DNA of 64,000 nucleotides. Origin: Methanomassiliicoccales archaeon UBA280. GTDB taxonomy: Archaea; Thermoplasmatota; Thermoplasmata; SG8-5. Of the stretch, positions 7,865 to 17,192 are shown piece by piece; positions within the stretch are counted from its first letter, which is position 1, and each line of letters begins with the position of its first letter. The notes below the pieces were generated by a model. The model did not search any database and had not been told where the DNA came from. It saw only the letters and a program-made list of their open reading frames with translations. Location of the stretch: the NCBI GenBank assembly GCA_002499085.1, contig DAKD01000036.1, positions 24,213 through 88,212 on the forward strand, written 5' to 3'. The translations under genes and the position numbers were made by a program.

Positions 7865-8452
7865 CTACCAGGGCACATCCTTCTTCCCCATTTTAAACCC
7901 TATGATGTTCATTGCCCTGTGCATGAACGGTATCAGGATTATCAGGCCGATGAAACCGACGATGTATATCCCCTCTATCATGTTCCCGTAGAACCAGGAC
8001 CACTGAAGGGGGATGAGGAGGATGAGGGTTCCGATGAGGAAATCGTACTGGTCCAGTATCGGGGCCTTGGCGCCGCGCTTTATCCCCATTCGGCGCTTCA
8101 GGAAGCTGCCCAGCATGTCCCCGAACATCGAGCCGAAGCTCAGCAGGAACAGGATGAAAAGGGTGCAAAGTACGCAGGAGTTGCCAGGCAGATAAGTCCA
8201 CTCGGGGACGTCCAGGGCGATCATGATGCAGACCTGGATTATCCCGAGCGTCATGCCGCTCAGGGTCCCGCCGAACAGGCCGCGCCAGGTCTTGCCGTCC
8301 CCCAGGTACCTGGTTCCGTTTGCCATCTTCTTCCCGAAGTCAACGGGCGTTCCGCCGCCGAACAGCACGGCCGCGGAGTTCGGGATGAGCATGGGAACCA
8401 TGAGCCAGAGGGCCCTCATGACCGCGAGAATAGCGTCGATTAATTCCTGCAT
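7865..8452 (-). CDS. carS: CDP-archaeol synthase (CDP-2,3-bis-O-geranylgeranyl-sn-glycerol synthase)
   Basis: Polytopic membrane protein of 195 aa with DGKTWRG and the FGDMLGSFLKRR...DQYDF pattern typical of CarS (DUF46). Confidence 0.8.
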   Translation of the reverse strand: MQELIDAILAVMRALWLMVPMLIPNSAAVLFGGGTPVDFGKKMANGTRYLGDGKTWRGLFGGTLSGMTLGIIQVCIMIALDVPEWTYLPGNSCVLCTLFILFLLSFGSMFGDMLGSFLKRRMGIKRGAKAPILDQYDFLIGTLILLIPLQWSWFYGNMIEGIYIVGFIGLIILIPFMHRAMNIIGFKMGKKDVPW

Positions 8453-8618
8453 CGGCCGAGTATCGCCGGGCCCGATATTAAGGTTGTGAGGGGGCTGTTC
8501 CGACCAGGCCCTTACTATGCATCCTGCCCGACACAGGGGCAGCGGTGGCCCTGATTATCCGCACGGCCCTGGCTAAGGACTCCTGGGCAACCCCAGACTG
8601 GGTCATGAAGGGCAAAAT

Positions 8619-8638
8619 AATGTACATATAAGTACATT
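8619..8638. promoter_or_regulatory. Palindrome AATGTAC-ATATAA-GTACATT upstream of the giant-protein gene (possible operator/TATA)
   Basis: 7-bp perfect inverted arms around an A/T hexamer, about 65-85 nt upstream of the ATG at 8702. A second TATA-like element, CTTATAAC, lies at 8652-8659. Confidence 0.35.
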
Positions 8639-8701
8639 AAACAAACAAAAATCTTATAACCTATGAAACACATTCCACCTCAAGAGATAGGAGGGGTCAA
8701 G

Positions 8702-11700
8702 ATGAATGCCTTGAGCAGGAAGAGTTTTGCATCGGTGTGCGCAGCATTGATGATCGTGATGATTTTCCAGAATGTCTCAGCCGAAGGATACAACACGGGA
8801 GAAGATATGGACATCTTCATAGACTCGCACGGAAACGAGCACCAGGTCTGGAGGAAGCTGGTCAATGGAACTTACCAGGTATTTTACGGCTATGAAGTGG
8901 CAGACTCGATTTACAATACGAATTACGCCACTCACTCAAATCAGTCAATAAACAACAACATCGACTTCGACGACGGGTCCATTACAATTACCAATTGCTC
9001 CGTCAACGGCAATATCAAGCTCACCCAGGCCAATGCGTTTCTTCAGGATTGCAACATCAACGGGAACGTGAAAATCGACCTGGGCAGGCTCCAGATATTC
9101 AACTGTTCCATCAACGGCAACCTGGAAACAAAGAATGCGGATCTGGAGATCAGGTACTCAGACATGAACGGGAACCTGCAAGTGAAGCAAAGCAGCTACG
9201 AGAACATCGACAGCATCATAATAGCCAATGAGATAAACGGCAACCTGAAGGTTAAAGGCGGCACATGCTACATCGTCGGAAACACGATAAAAGGCAACCT
9301 CCAGGTGCAGGACCCGGCTATCATCCACCAGGTAATTGACAATACGGTGAATGGAAACATTCAATTAACTGATAACACACAAGGGTTTGACGGATACCAG
9401 ATAACGAATTCCACATCGGATGTCCAGTACCCTCAGTGCACAGTTGATTCAATTACCCATCTTGGTTATATTCTATGGGTGGAAAATGATTCAGAATTAT
9501 ACTATGTAGGAACTGATGATTTTGTTGTCTGGAGTCAACCTATATTACTCGCTTCGATAAATGCAACTATCAATCCAGAATTGAACATTGTTGCGATGAA
9601 CGGAACATTTAGTATTACTTCGAATATCATTGCACAAATCACATTCATCTCTGATATTGACGGGGATTTTTTCCCAGATAATTTTGACACAAATCCCATA
9701 TTATACGATGCTTTCTCCTACAATTCTTCATTTGTTCCAGATTCTGTGACGATAGATGTGAATTTGGGGATAAGTGTAGCTGTAGATTGGAAAAACGATT
9801 CGAGCATAAGACCAATTATTTCTCCAGTTGTACCAGCTAATCTATTGGTTGGTTCAATTGCCCCATATGTGGATATATCATTGCCAGATGGCGATTTCAC
9901 TGTATTGATTAAATACAAATATTCAAATTCTACGCTATCGCGATATATAAATGAAGATTATCTGCGGATCTTCGCTTACGAAGATGCCTGGCGAATGGTC
10001 GGTGATGTGAAAGGATGGATTGGAAGCGTCAACACAGAGAACAATTATGTATGGGCTAAAACCTCGGAACTCTCAATAGTCACTGTTGCGGATGCCTCAG
10101 CTACGGACCTGAATGTCAATGGCATACCGGACATATGGGACATTTCAGAAACATCCGATGAAGAAAACCCAAACTCGGATCGCTTGAGCATATATTCAGG
10201 TGATTCCCTTGCTCCGCAAATATACATTTCACCAGATGATATTTATCATATGGCTTGGATCGATAACAGGGATGGGTCGCCTGCCATATTTTACAAACAA
10301 AGCATGGATTATGGAGAAACCTGGACAACCGATACAAGCCTTACAGTTTCTTGTTTAGAGATTCCATCCATATCGTTTTCAGGATATAATAATCACCTTG
10401 CAATAGCATATACAGAAAATTACCAAATTGAGGAATATATCAACAGTAATGTCACGGTTTTAGAGAGTTTGGACGGGGGAATCACCTGGGAAATACTTTC
10501 GATACCGATGTGCTGGGGTGTAAATCCTTGCATATCAGTACATGAAAATGAAATATACCTCGTATATGACAAAATAATTCCCTCTGGTGTCAACTTACCT
10601 TCAATGCACATCCTGGAAGGGCTTCAACTTTCGTGGACAGAAGATGGAATCATGAATAGCCAGATATTACTCAGCACAGAAAGTGAGGCTCAGCACCTTG
10701 TGCCCAAAATATGCGTCGATAACAACGAAATATTCATTGTCTGGGCAGGATACTTTGAAGGTGAAGATTACAGTTATAATAAAATTTTTTACACCTACAG
10801 AGAAATCGGAGAAACAAACTGGGGCGACATTGAAGAAATTACATCTTATTATGGTGACAATGACCCATATGCAATTTCATTTGCAGCAAAAAACGATATT
10901 CTTTATCTTGCCTGGGCTGATGACAGAAACGGAGAATTTGAAATATATGGCAAATGGAGTGTAAGTAATTCGGGCATGTGGTCAGAAGATATAAGGCTGA
11001 CTGTATCTGATTTACCTTCAAGATATCCCAATTTATTTATCGACACAGAAGAAACAATCCAATTGGTTTGGCAGGAAGGAACGACAACAGAATCCGAAAT
11101 TTATCATATGGAATTAAATCCGACAACTCAACCAGCAGAAGAAATGGCAATCGGTGAACTACCTGAATTAAACGACGGCAACAGTTACCAATTAACCAGA
11201 GTTCCTGATGAAATTTATCAAATATTGACTGAAACCGATGTTCCTGCTCTAGTCAATGCTAATAGTGAATCATTAATTACTGGTAATTTAGTGAGTGGTT
11301 CAATTGCAGATACTTTTAATAGCGATAATCAATATGAGAAATTTTCTCCGGAAATAGCAAATAATCCATTCCAGATTGTTCATTCTTGGTATTTCCCCAT
11401 TTCCTCGGAAACATCATTCGACCTTTATTTCGAATCCAAGATTTCTCAAAATTTTGGCGCTCACCAGTTAACATACAGCATCTGGTATTCATTTGATAAC
11501 GGAGGAACTTATCAAATCCTCGGAACATACTCCAACATGGTAGATAATACATATGAGTTTCAGTTGACCTCGACAAACTCTGCCACTCAGTGTGAGGTTC
11601 AGTTACGGTATTCTCATGCCACAATCTCAGGTATTACAATTTCTGTCGACCGAGTACAAATCGGCCTTCCAACAACAGCAATGAAGATGACACACGACTG

Positions 11701-14700
11701 GGTTATGGATATAACCGTGCCGCAATCTACAACGCACACATTCTTTATAAAAGGTTATATGACATCTTCGACATCCTCAGATTCAAATGAAGGCGACAAT
11801 TTTTTATTCTCCTACTCGTTGGATAACAGCAACTACATAAACATGCTTGTTCTAGACAAGATAGCAGAGGATGGAAATTACCTGCAATATGCTTTACCTC
11901 CCATCCTCGCAGGCACAGTCTATATTCGGGTGATTGACACTATCCAGGCCGACAATGAAGTGATCGATAGCCTTTTCATCGACCACATGTACATTGAATC
12001 TATTTATAATGACATTGGAATTATTACACCTGCCAAACAAATCTCAAGCGACCAGGCCGTATCTTCAGGTTATCCGTCGGTGTCAATGAATTCCTTGGGG
12101 GACCTTTATGCAGTCTGGCAGGATTGTTCCTATGATAACTTTGAAGTAATCGCCATGACGGATGGGAGCGAATCGTCGGAAAAGACATCGCCTATTATCC
12201 AAATGCTCGCGGGATTGGATGATAGCATGTACAGCGAGGAGACTGAATATAATGTTGAAGCTTCAACCAATGTACCCTCAATACACAAAGACGCTCTTAT
12301 TTCACAATTGAATTTATTGTGCAATATGCTTGAAGCAGAGGACTATATTACTGCATTCAGTAAAATCCAATATGATATTATACCATACATTGATTCGGCA
12401 ATATTAGATGTATCTACAAAAGGAGAAGTTATAAATGCCCTTACTATTATTAGCGATTTAATAGAACCGATGGGTCAACAGGGCTCACCACCACCACCAC
12501 CAGGTCCTCCAGTTGATTTATGGGTGTCTACAGGTACTTCTGGAGGGGATATCCTCGTTGATTGGGCGCCACCAATACAAGGGGGTAATCCCACTAAGTA
12601 TTTAATATATAGAACAACAAATCCCACTATAGGCACTAGTATTACATATTGGAATTATTATATTAATATGTATAATAATAATGAAGGAAACGAATATAAC
12701 ATCGCCCATGTCGACATACCCTCAAGTATTACCAATTTTACAAATAGATATTATAATGACGCATCAACACCATATGACGATAGAATGGTTAGATGGGTCA
12801 CAACCTCCACAACAACTCCAGCCGAGCTGCAGTTTGAAATAACATATTATTATGCAGTCATTGCCTGTAATTCAGGAGGATTATCAGGACCTCAAATTGA
12901 ACTTGATAATTCAGCTTCTGCGGATGTTCCCACTTTGGTAACCTCATTTACTCCTTCGAGTGGCGCGACTGCAGTGAGTACAACAACGCTTATCGATATC
13001 TATTTCAACAAACCAATGAATTCGACCTCGGTCGAGTCTAAATTCACCTTGACCTATCTGGGGAATGCAATCCAATGCTCCGCAACATGGCCCACCACCA
13101 AACATGTTCAATTCCAGCCATCAGGCGATTTAACTCACGGTACAATATACACTGTCACTTTATTGGCTTATGCGAGGGCTACCGATGGATTGCACACACA
13201 AACCAAGACACAGTGGACCTTTACAACAGAGTTATCAGGAACACCAGAAGTTGTATGGTGGTCACCACAGGGGGATGAAGTATCATCCGGACCCATTATT
13301 GTAACATTCACAAATGAAATGAATCCCAGTTCTGTAGAAAATGCATTTGTTCTGAATGGATATTATTCAGGCATTATATCTGGATTCACATTCTCATGGT
13401 CAACTGATTATAAAACCATCACAGCCACACATTCTTCACACCCAATTTCCGAGGAATCTTACACAATCACCATCGCTGGGACTGTGCAAGACATTTATGG
13501 CACAGCCATTGCCAATGGCGGATGGACAAGCCCCCCATTCAGAACCCTAATAAATGTTTTCGATCCAGTCCTAACCACAACAGCCCAAGAATATCTCCTC
13601 TCATGGCCAGCTATCGGCAACCCAAGGAGTGTTAATCCATATGAGATATTGTTCTCTGACGATTTATCTGAATGGACTTCCTTGGGATATACCACTTCAA
13701 CAACCTATGTAATGGACACACTTACATATGGAATCTATGGCCTAAAACCACATAATCACTACTATTTCAAGGTCAGAGCCTACAACACAGCAGAATGCCA
13801 TGGAATCTCCATTCACAAAGGAGCAGATTGTGGACGTGTAGATTACTTCCTGGATGTAGGAAATATGGTCAATGCTCATGTATATGGTGGGAGAGACATG
13901 CCTTCTTATCCCAACATGATGCACGATTATGGCCTTACACTGACACCTATTCCTGCGGATCAGGTTGGATGGAGTACGCCAATTGAAAATAGCACATTTA
14001 ATTGGAGGCGAGGGACACAGGCAGAATACCAGAGATTCTTTTTTAACCTAGGTTGGAATGCTGAACTCCACATTGATTATATGCTCACGTTAAGATATTA
14101 TGCCAGCGGCACATTCAATTTAGAACAATTGGTTGCTGGCGGCAGCTGGCTCCCAGTTGGTGTAATTAACGGGCACAACCTCTGGGAAACTACAACAATT
14201 TTACTTGACCATAATAATTATTTCGATTATTCTGGGAGTGGAGATTGGGATGGCATGAATGTCCAATTTAGGTTTTCAGACAAGAATGTGATATATCTGG
14301 ACTGGATAAAGGCGGAACCACAAGCATATTATGCAGATATTCAGAAAGTTGATTTTGAAGATATAACAAAGCACAGTCCGGGAGTTTGCCTGAATCCAGG
14401 GGATTGGAGTGCTTGGGACTCGGGAGTGGGGGGAAGACTGGGAACTGTCGAAAGTAAAATTCAAATTAATTTACCTAGTACACAAGCTATTGATGTTCCA
14501 TATTATAGAATAAAGGTTACTTATAAATCATTCTCTGCTTCTCCTGAGGACAGCGAATTTTCTTTATATGATGGCACATCATTTGTACCTATTGATGAGG
14601 GGTGTATAATAACTGATCAGAATTGGCACTCAGTAGCTTTCAAAATTAATCCTGAAATGTACTATGATTATGACCCCAGCAATCTTCATTATAATCTTAT

Positions 14701-16012
14701 TATTAAAAGTAATGTAATCATGTATATCTCAGAAGTAGAACTATATCATATTTCGGAATCAGAACGGTGGACAGTTATGGTTTACTTTGTGGGAGATAAT
14801 GAAATTGAACCTCTGCTTATCAACGAATTTCAAGAATTGGAAGCGATTGGCTCAGGGGGTAAGTTAGATATTGTAGCTTTATTTGATAGAAGCAGTCAGG
14901 ATGAAGAAAGTGTATACAGGAATCAAGGCGCTGATGGGTTTAACCCACACCCCAATTGGCCATTTACCAATGAACCCAACCCAGAAACAGGAGATTGGGG
15001 TAGTGAAGCAAAGATGTTTCATGTTTTACATGATACAAATCTCAATAAATTTGCACCCTATGAAGAAAATATTAATTCATGGGATTTAGGTGAAATTGAA
15101 TGCGGTAATCCGGATACACTAAAAAATTTTATTGATTGGAGTACAGAAAACTTCCCTGCAGAACATTATGGATTAATTATGGTTGATCATGGTCAAGGAT
15201 GGCGTTGGATATGCCGTGAATATGCATATGCTGATTTCGATAGAATTGATATGCCCGAGTTAAAAAATGCCATAATTTCAACTGGAATTAAATTTGATTT
15301 CATTGGATTTGATGCGTGTGTTATGAACCAAATAGAAGTATTATATCAATTGATGGATTGTACACATTTTATTGTTGGTACAGAACACAGTATTGGAGTA
15401 AGTGGATGGCCTCTTCCGCCTATGTTAGAACCATTAAAAAATGAGTTGATTTCCCCCTATCAAATTTGTAAGCATTTTGCACAAACATACATATCTGTCA
15501 ATAATAACCCGTTAGATCCTTGGTATCCTCCTTATTACGATGAAAGGTCTGCCCCCCCAATGTCAGTTTTATCCACTGCAAAAATTATTCAATTCGTCAC
15601 GCAAATTTCTACTTTTGCTGATGAATTATTGAATTCACTTGAGGAGTATCGTGATGAAATAGAGCAAATAAGTTATGATGTTTATACTTCACAAGTTGTG
15701 GAAATACCTGGCTGGGGAGTAGATATTTATATACTTGCTGAATTAATTAGAACAAGAATAAACAATGATGAATTACAACAATGTGCTATAAATATTATTA
15801 ATCAGATACCGAATATAGTTTGCACGATAATTAAAGGCCCAATTATAGATAATCCTTTAGATTCTGGCATATCTATATTTTTTTACATATCTCCTAAATA
15901 TACTTATTCTTATCCAACATCATTGGAAACAAATTATCGGACTGAATTGGACTTTGCATATGACACCACATGGGATGAATTTTTATTGGCATTTTATGCT
16001 CCATATAAGTAA
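8702..16012 (+). CDS. Giant secreted multidomain protein with C-terminal clostripain-like (peptidase C11) domain
   Basis: I prefer the ATG at 8702 because GGAGGGG lies 7 nt upstream and it is followed by the signal-peptide-like MNALSRKSFASVCAALMIVMIFQNVSAEG. About nine ~20-aa NGN[ILV]x[LIV] beta-helix-like repeats come first. Asp-box/BNR motifs follow (SMDYGETW, SLDGGITW), then a PPPPPGPP hinge and an FN3-like module. Two SbsA/Big_5-like Ig modules are present (FNKPMNSTSVESKFTL; FTNEMNPSSVENAFVL), followed by jelly-roll modules. The C-terminal C11-like domain has MVDHGQGW (His) and FIGFDACVMNQ (Cys). Confidence 0.85.
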   Translation: MNALSRKSFASVCAALMIVMIFQNVSAEGYNTGEDMDIFIDSHGNEHQVWRKLVNGTYQVFYGYEVADSIYNTNYATHSNQSINNNIDFDDGSITITNCSVNGNIKLTQANAFLQDCNINGNVKIDLGRLQIFNCSINGNLETKNADLEIRYSDMNGNLQVKQSSYENIDSIIIANEINGNLKVKGGTCYIVGNTIKGNLQVQDPAIIHQVIDNTVNGNIQLTDNTQGFDGYQITNSTSDVQYPQCTVDSITHLGYILWVENDSELYYVGTDDFVVWSQPILLASINATINPELNIVAMNGTFSITSNIIAQITFISDIDGDFFPDNFDTNPILYDAFSYNSSFVPDSVTIDVNLGISVAVDWKNDSSIRPIISPVVPANLLVGSIAPYVDISLPDGDFTVLIKYKYSNSTLSRYINEDYLRIFAYEDAWRMVGDVKGWIGSVNTENNYVWAKTSELSIVTVADASATDLNVNGIPDIWDISETSDEENPNSDRLSIYSGDSLAPQIYISPDDIYHMAWIDNRDGSPAIFYKQSMDYGETWTTDTSLTVSCLEIPSISFSGYNNHLAIAYTENYQIEEYINSNVTVLESLDGGITWEILSIPMCWGVNPCISVHENEIYLVYDKIIPSGVNLPSMHILEGLQLSWTEDGIMNSQILLSTESEAQHLVPKICVDNNEIFIVWAGYFEGEDYSYNKIFYTYREIGETNWGDIEEITSYYGDNDPYAISFAAKNDILYLAWADDRNGEFEIYGKWSVSNSGMWSEDIRLTVSDLPSRYPNLFIDTEETIQLVWQEGTTTESEIYHMELNPTTQPAEEMAIGELPELNDGNSYQLTRVPDEIYQILTETDVPALVNANSESLITGNLVSGSIADTFNSDNQYEKFSPEIANNPFQIVHSWYFPISSETSFDLYFESKISQNFGAHQLTYSIWYSFDNGGTYQILGTYSNMVDNTYEFQLTSTNSATQCEVQLRYSHATISGITISVDRVQIGLPTTAMKMTHDWVMDITVPQSTTHTFFIKGYMTSSTSSDSNEGDNFLFSYSLDNSNYINMLVLDKIAEDGNYLQYALPPILAGTVYIRVIDTIQADNEVIDSLFIDHMYIESIYNDIGIITPAKQISSDQAVSSGYPSVSMNSLGDLYAVWQDCSYDNFEVIAMTDGSESSEKTSPIIQMLAGLDDSMYSEETEYNVEASTNVPSIHKDALISQLNLLCNMLEAEDYITAFSKIQYDIIPYIDSAILDVSTKGEVINALTIISDLIEPMGQQGSPPPPPGPPVDLWVSTGTSGGDILVDWAPPIQGGNPTKYLIYRTTNPTIGTSITYWNYYINMYNNNEGNEYNIAHVDIPSSITNFTNRYYNDASTPYDDRMVRWVTTSTTTPAELQFEITYYYAVIACNSGGLSGPQIELDNSASADVPTLVTSFTPSSGATAVSTTTLIDIYFNKPMNSTSVESKFTLTYLGNAIQCSATWPTTKHVQFQPSGDLTHGTIYTVTLLAYARATDGLHTQTKTQWTFTTELSGTPEVVWWSPQGDEVSSGPIIVTFTNEMNPSSVENAFVLNGYYSGIISGFTFSWSTDYKTITATHSSHPISEESYTITIAGTVQDIYGTAIANGGWTSPPFRTLINVFDPVLTTTAQEYLLSWPAIGNPRSVNPYEILFSDDLSEWTSLGYTTSTTYVMDTLTYGIYGLKPHNHYYFKVRAYNTAECHGISIHKGADCGRVDYFLDVGNMVNAHVYGGRDMPSYPNMMHDYGLTLTPIPADQVGWSTPIENSTFNWRRGTQAEYQRFFFNLGWNAELHIDYMLTLRYYASGTFNLEQLVAGGSWLPVGVINGHNLWETTTILLDHNNYFDYSGSGDWDGMNVQFRFSDKNVIYLDWIKAEPQAYYADIQKVDFEDITKHSPGVCLNPGDWSAWDSGVGGRLGTVESKIQINLPSTQAIDVPYYRIKVTYKSFSASPEDSEFSLYDGTSFVPIDEGCIITDQNWHSVAFKINPEMYYDYDPSNLHYNLIIKSNVIMYISEVELYHISESERWTVMVYFVGDNEIEPLLINEFQELEAIGSGGKLDIVALFDRSSQDEESVYRNQGADGFNPHPNWPFTNEPNPETGDWGSEAKMFHVLHDTNLNKFAPYEENINSWDLGEIECGNPDTLKNFIDWSTENFPAEHYGLIMVDHGQGWRWICREYAYADFDRIDMPELKNAIISTGIKFDFIGFDACVMNQIEVLYQLMDCTHFIVGTEHSIGVSGWPLPPMLEPLKNELISPYQICKHFAQTYISVNNNPLDPWYPPYYDERSAPPMSVLSTAKIIQFVTQISTFADELLNSLEEYRDEIEQISYDVYTSQVVEIPGWGVDIYILAELIRTRINNDELQQCAINIINQIPNIVCTIIKGPIIDNPLDSGISIFFYISPKYTYSYPTSLETNYRTELDFAYDTTWDEFLLAFYAPYK

Positions 16013-16023
16013 TAGGAGGATTT

Positions 16024-17130
16024 ATGAAAAATAATATCCAGTGGTTCATTGTCGTAATATTATCAATTTCATTGATTCTATCAATTTATTACATAACCTC
16101 CCGAACTAGAGACGAATTAAACTCTTACACAATAGAAATTACACCACCAGAATACATGATATTATCTGAAGCTTGTAATATTACAGCATCAATCACTGGT
16201 GCTAAAACAGAACTTGTATATTTAAATTACACAGACATATATAATGATAGTTATTCAAAGATGATGAATTTTACAAATGAATCTTATTATTGTAATATCC
16301 CTCCACAACAAAATCTTGGTACCATTAGATATAATGTATGGGCACAATCACAAACCAATATAATTGCAACAACAGATGTTTTCACTCTGAAAGTAATATT
16401 AAACCCATTCAGTGCTAGTAATCTGGTTATCGCCCATATTAAATCAAATATTACCAATAGAAATGAAGTCGCACTTTTACAATATTCTCCATTACCAGAT
16501 TTTATTCATATTAGGCCTCTATTTAGAAATACAACCATTAGTAATCAATCTGGATTTAATCATATTGTTTCGAATTTTGAATCTATGTTTTACACACCAG
16601 TATTATTCTCAAATGATACTTCTATTCAAACGTGCATTTTCGTCAACCTTGAAAACCTAAACATAGAGATACAATATTTCAAAGGCAGTTTATATCTTAA
16701 CAATACTCAAATTTTGAATAGTATGCTTAATGAAAACATTACAATTACATCATTCAATATTCCATTAAATAATGAATATTACCCTTCGATTCAGATGGAA
16801 AATGCTACCAATCAAATTATTTCAATGGTGCAATTAATAAGAGGAGATGATAGTCAGACAATTGTTTTACAGTGCTCTGAGCCAGTTAAATGGGATGTAT
16901 ATAATAAAACTGAGTATTATTGGACCTACCAAATCCCAAATTTATGGCCAGGAACATTTCAACAATCTGAGTTATGGTTGATTTCATCTGAAAATAAAAG
17001 TTCGAATTATAATGAGGGTTCACAACCATATCTCTCAGTGACAATCGATAATGAAATATTTATAATTTCGAGAAGCTTCATAGGCACTGAAGATTCAGTG
17101 TTTGTTGTATTCACAATACCAAATTTATAA
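16024..17130 (+). CDS. N-terminally anchored, sequon-rich hypothetical membrane/surface protein
   Basis: AGGAGGA lies 5 nt upstream of the ATG. It has the N-terminal TM helix WFIVVILSISLILSIYYI and about 20 N-X-S/T sequons. No recognisable catalytic motif. Very AT-rich. Confidence 0.7.
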   Translation: MKNNIQWFIVVILSISLILSIYYITSRTRDELNSYTIEITPPEYMILSEACNITASITGAKTELVYLNYTDIYNDSYSKMMNFTNESYYCNIPPQQNLGTIRYNVWAQSQTNIIATTDVFTLKVILNPFSASNLVIAHIKSNITNRNEVALLQYSPLPDFIHIRPLFRNTTISNQSGFNHIVSNFESMFYTPVLFSNDTSIQTCIFVNLENLNIEIQYFKGSLYLNNTQILNSMLNENITITSFNIPLNNEYYPSIQMENATNQIISMVQLIRGDDSQTIVLQCSEPVKWDVYNKTEYYWTYQIPNLWPGTFQQSELWLISSENKSSNYNEGSQPYLSVTIDNEIFIISRSFIGTEDSVFVVFTIPNL

Positions 17131-17192
17131 CAATAGTTTATATAGACATAGGTGCTTTGACATAAATATCAAACCTACAATAGGTGGAAGAC

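Noticed and set aside
7725-7991. 88-aa plus-strand ORF overlapping the 3' end of carS.
   Set aside because: It overlaps a well-supported membrane-protein gene on the other strand, and the sequence is implausible.
8663-8701. Upstream ATG (8663) as the start of the giant gene; likewise GTG 17184, GTG 41440, TTG 6259, TTG 57232 and 53259.
   Set aside because: In each case a downstream ATG has a Shine-Dalgarno-like GGAGG/GGTGG at proper spacing, or yields a proper signal peptide or N-terminal motif, or avoids overlap with a divergent gene.
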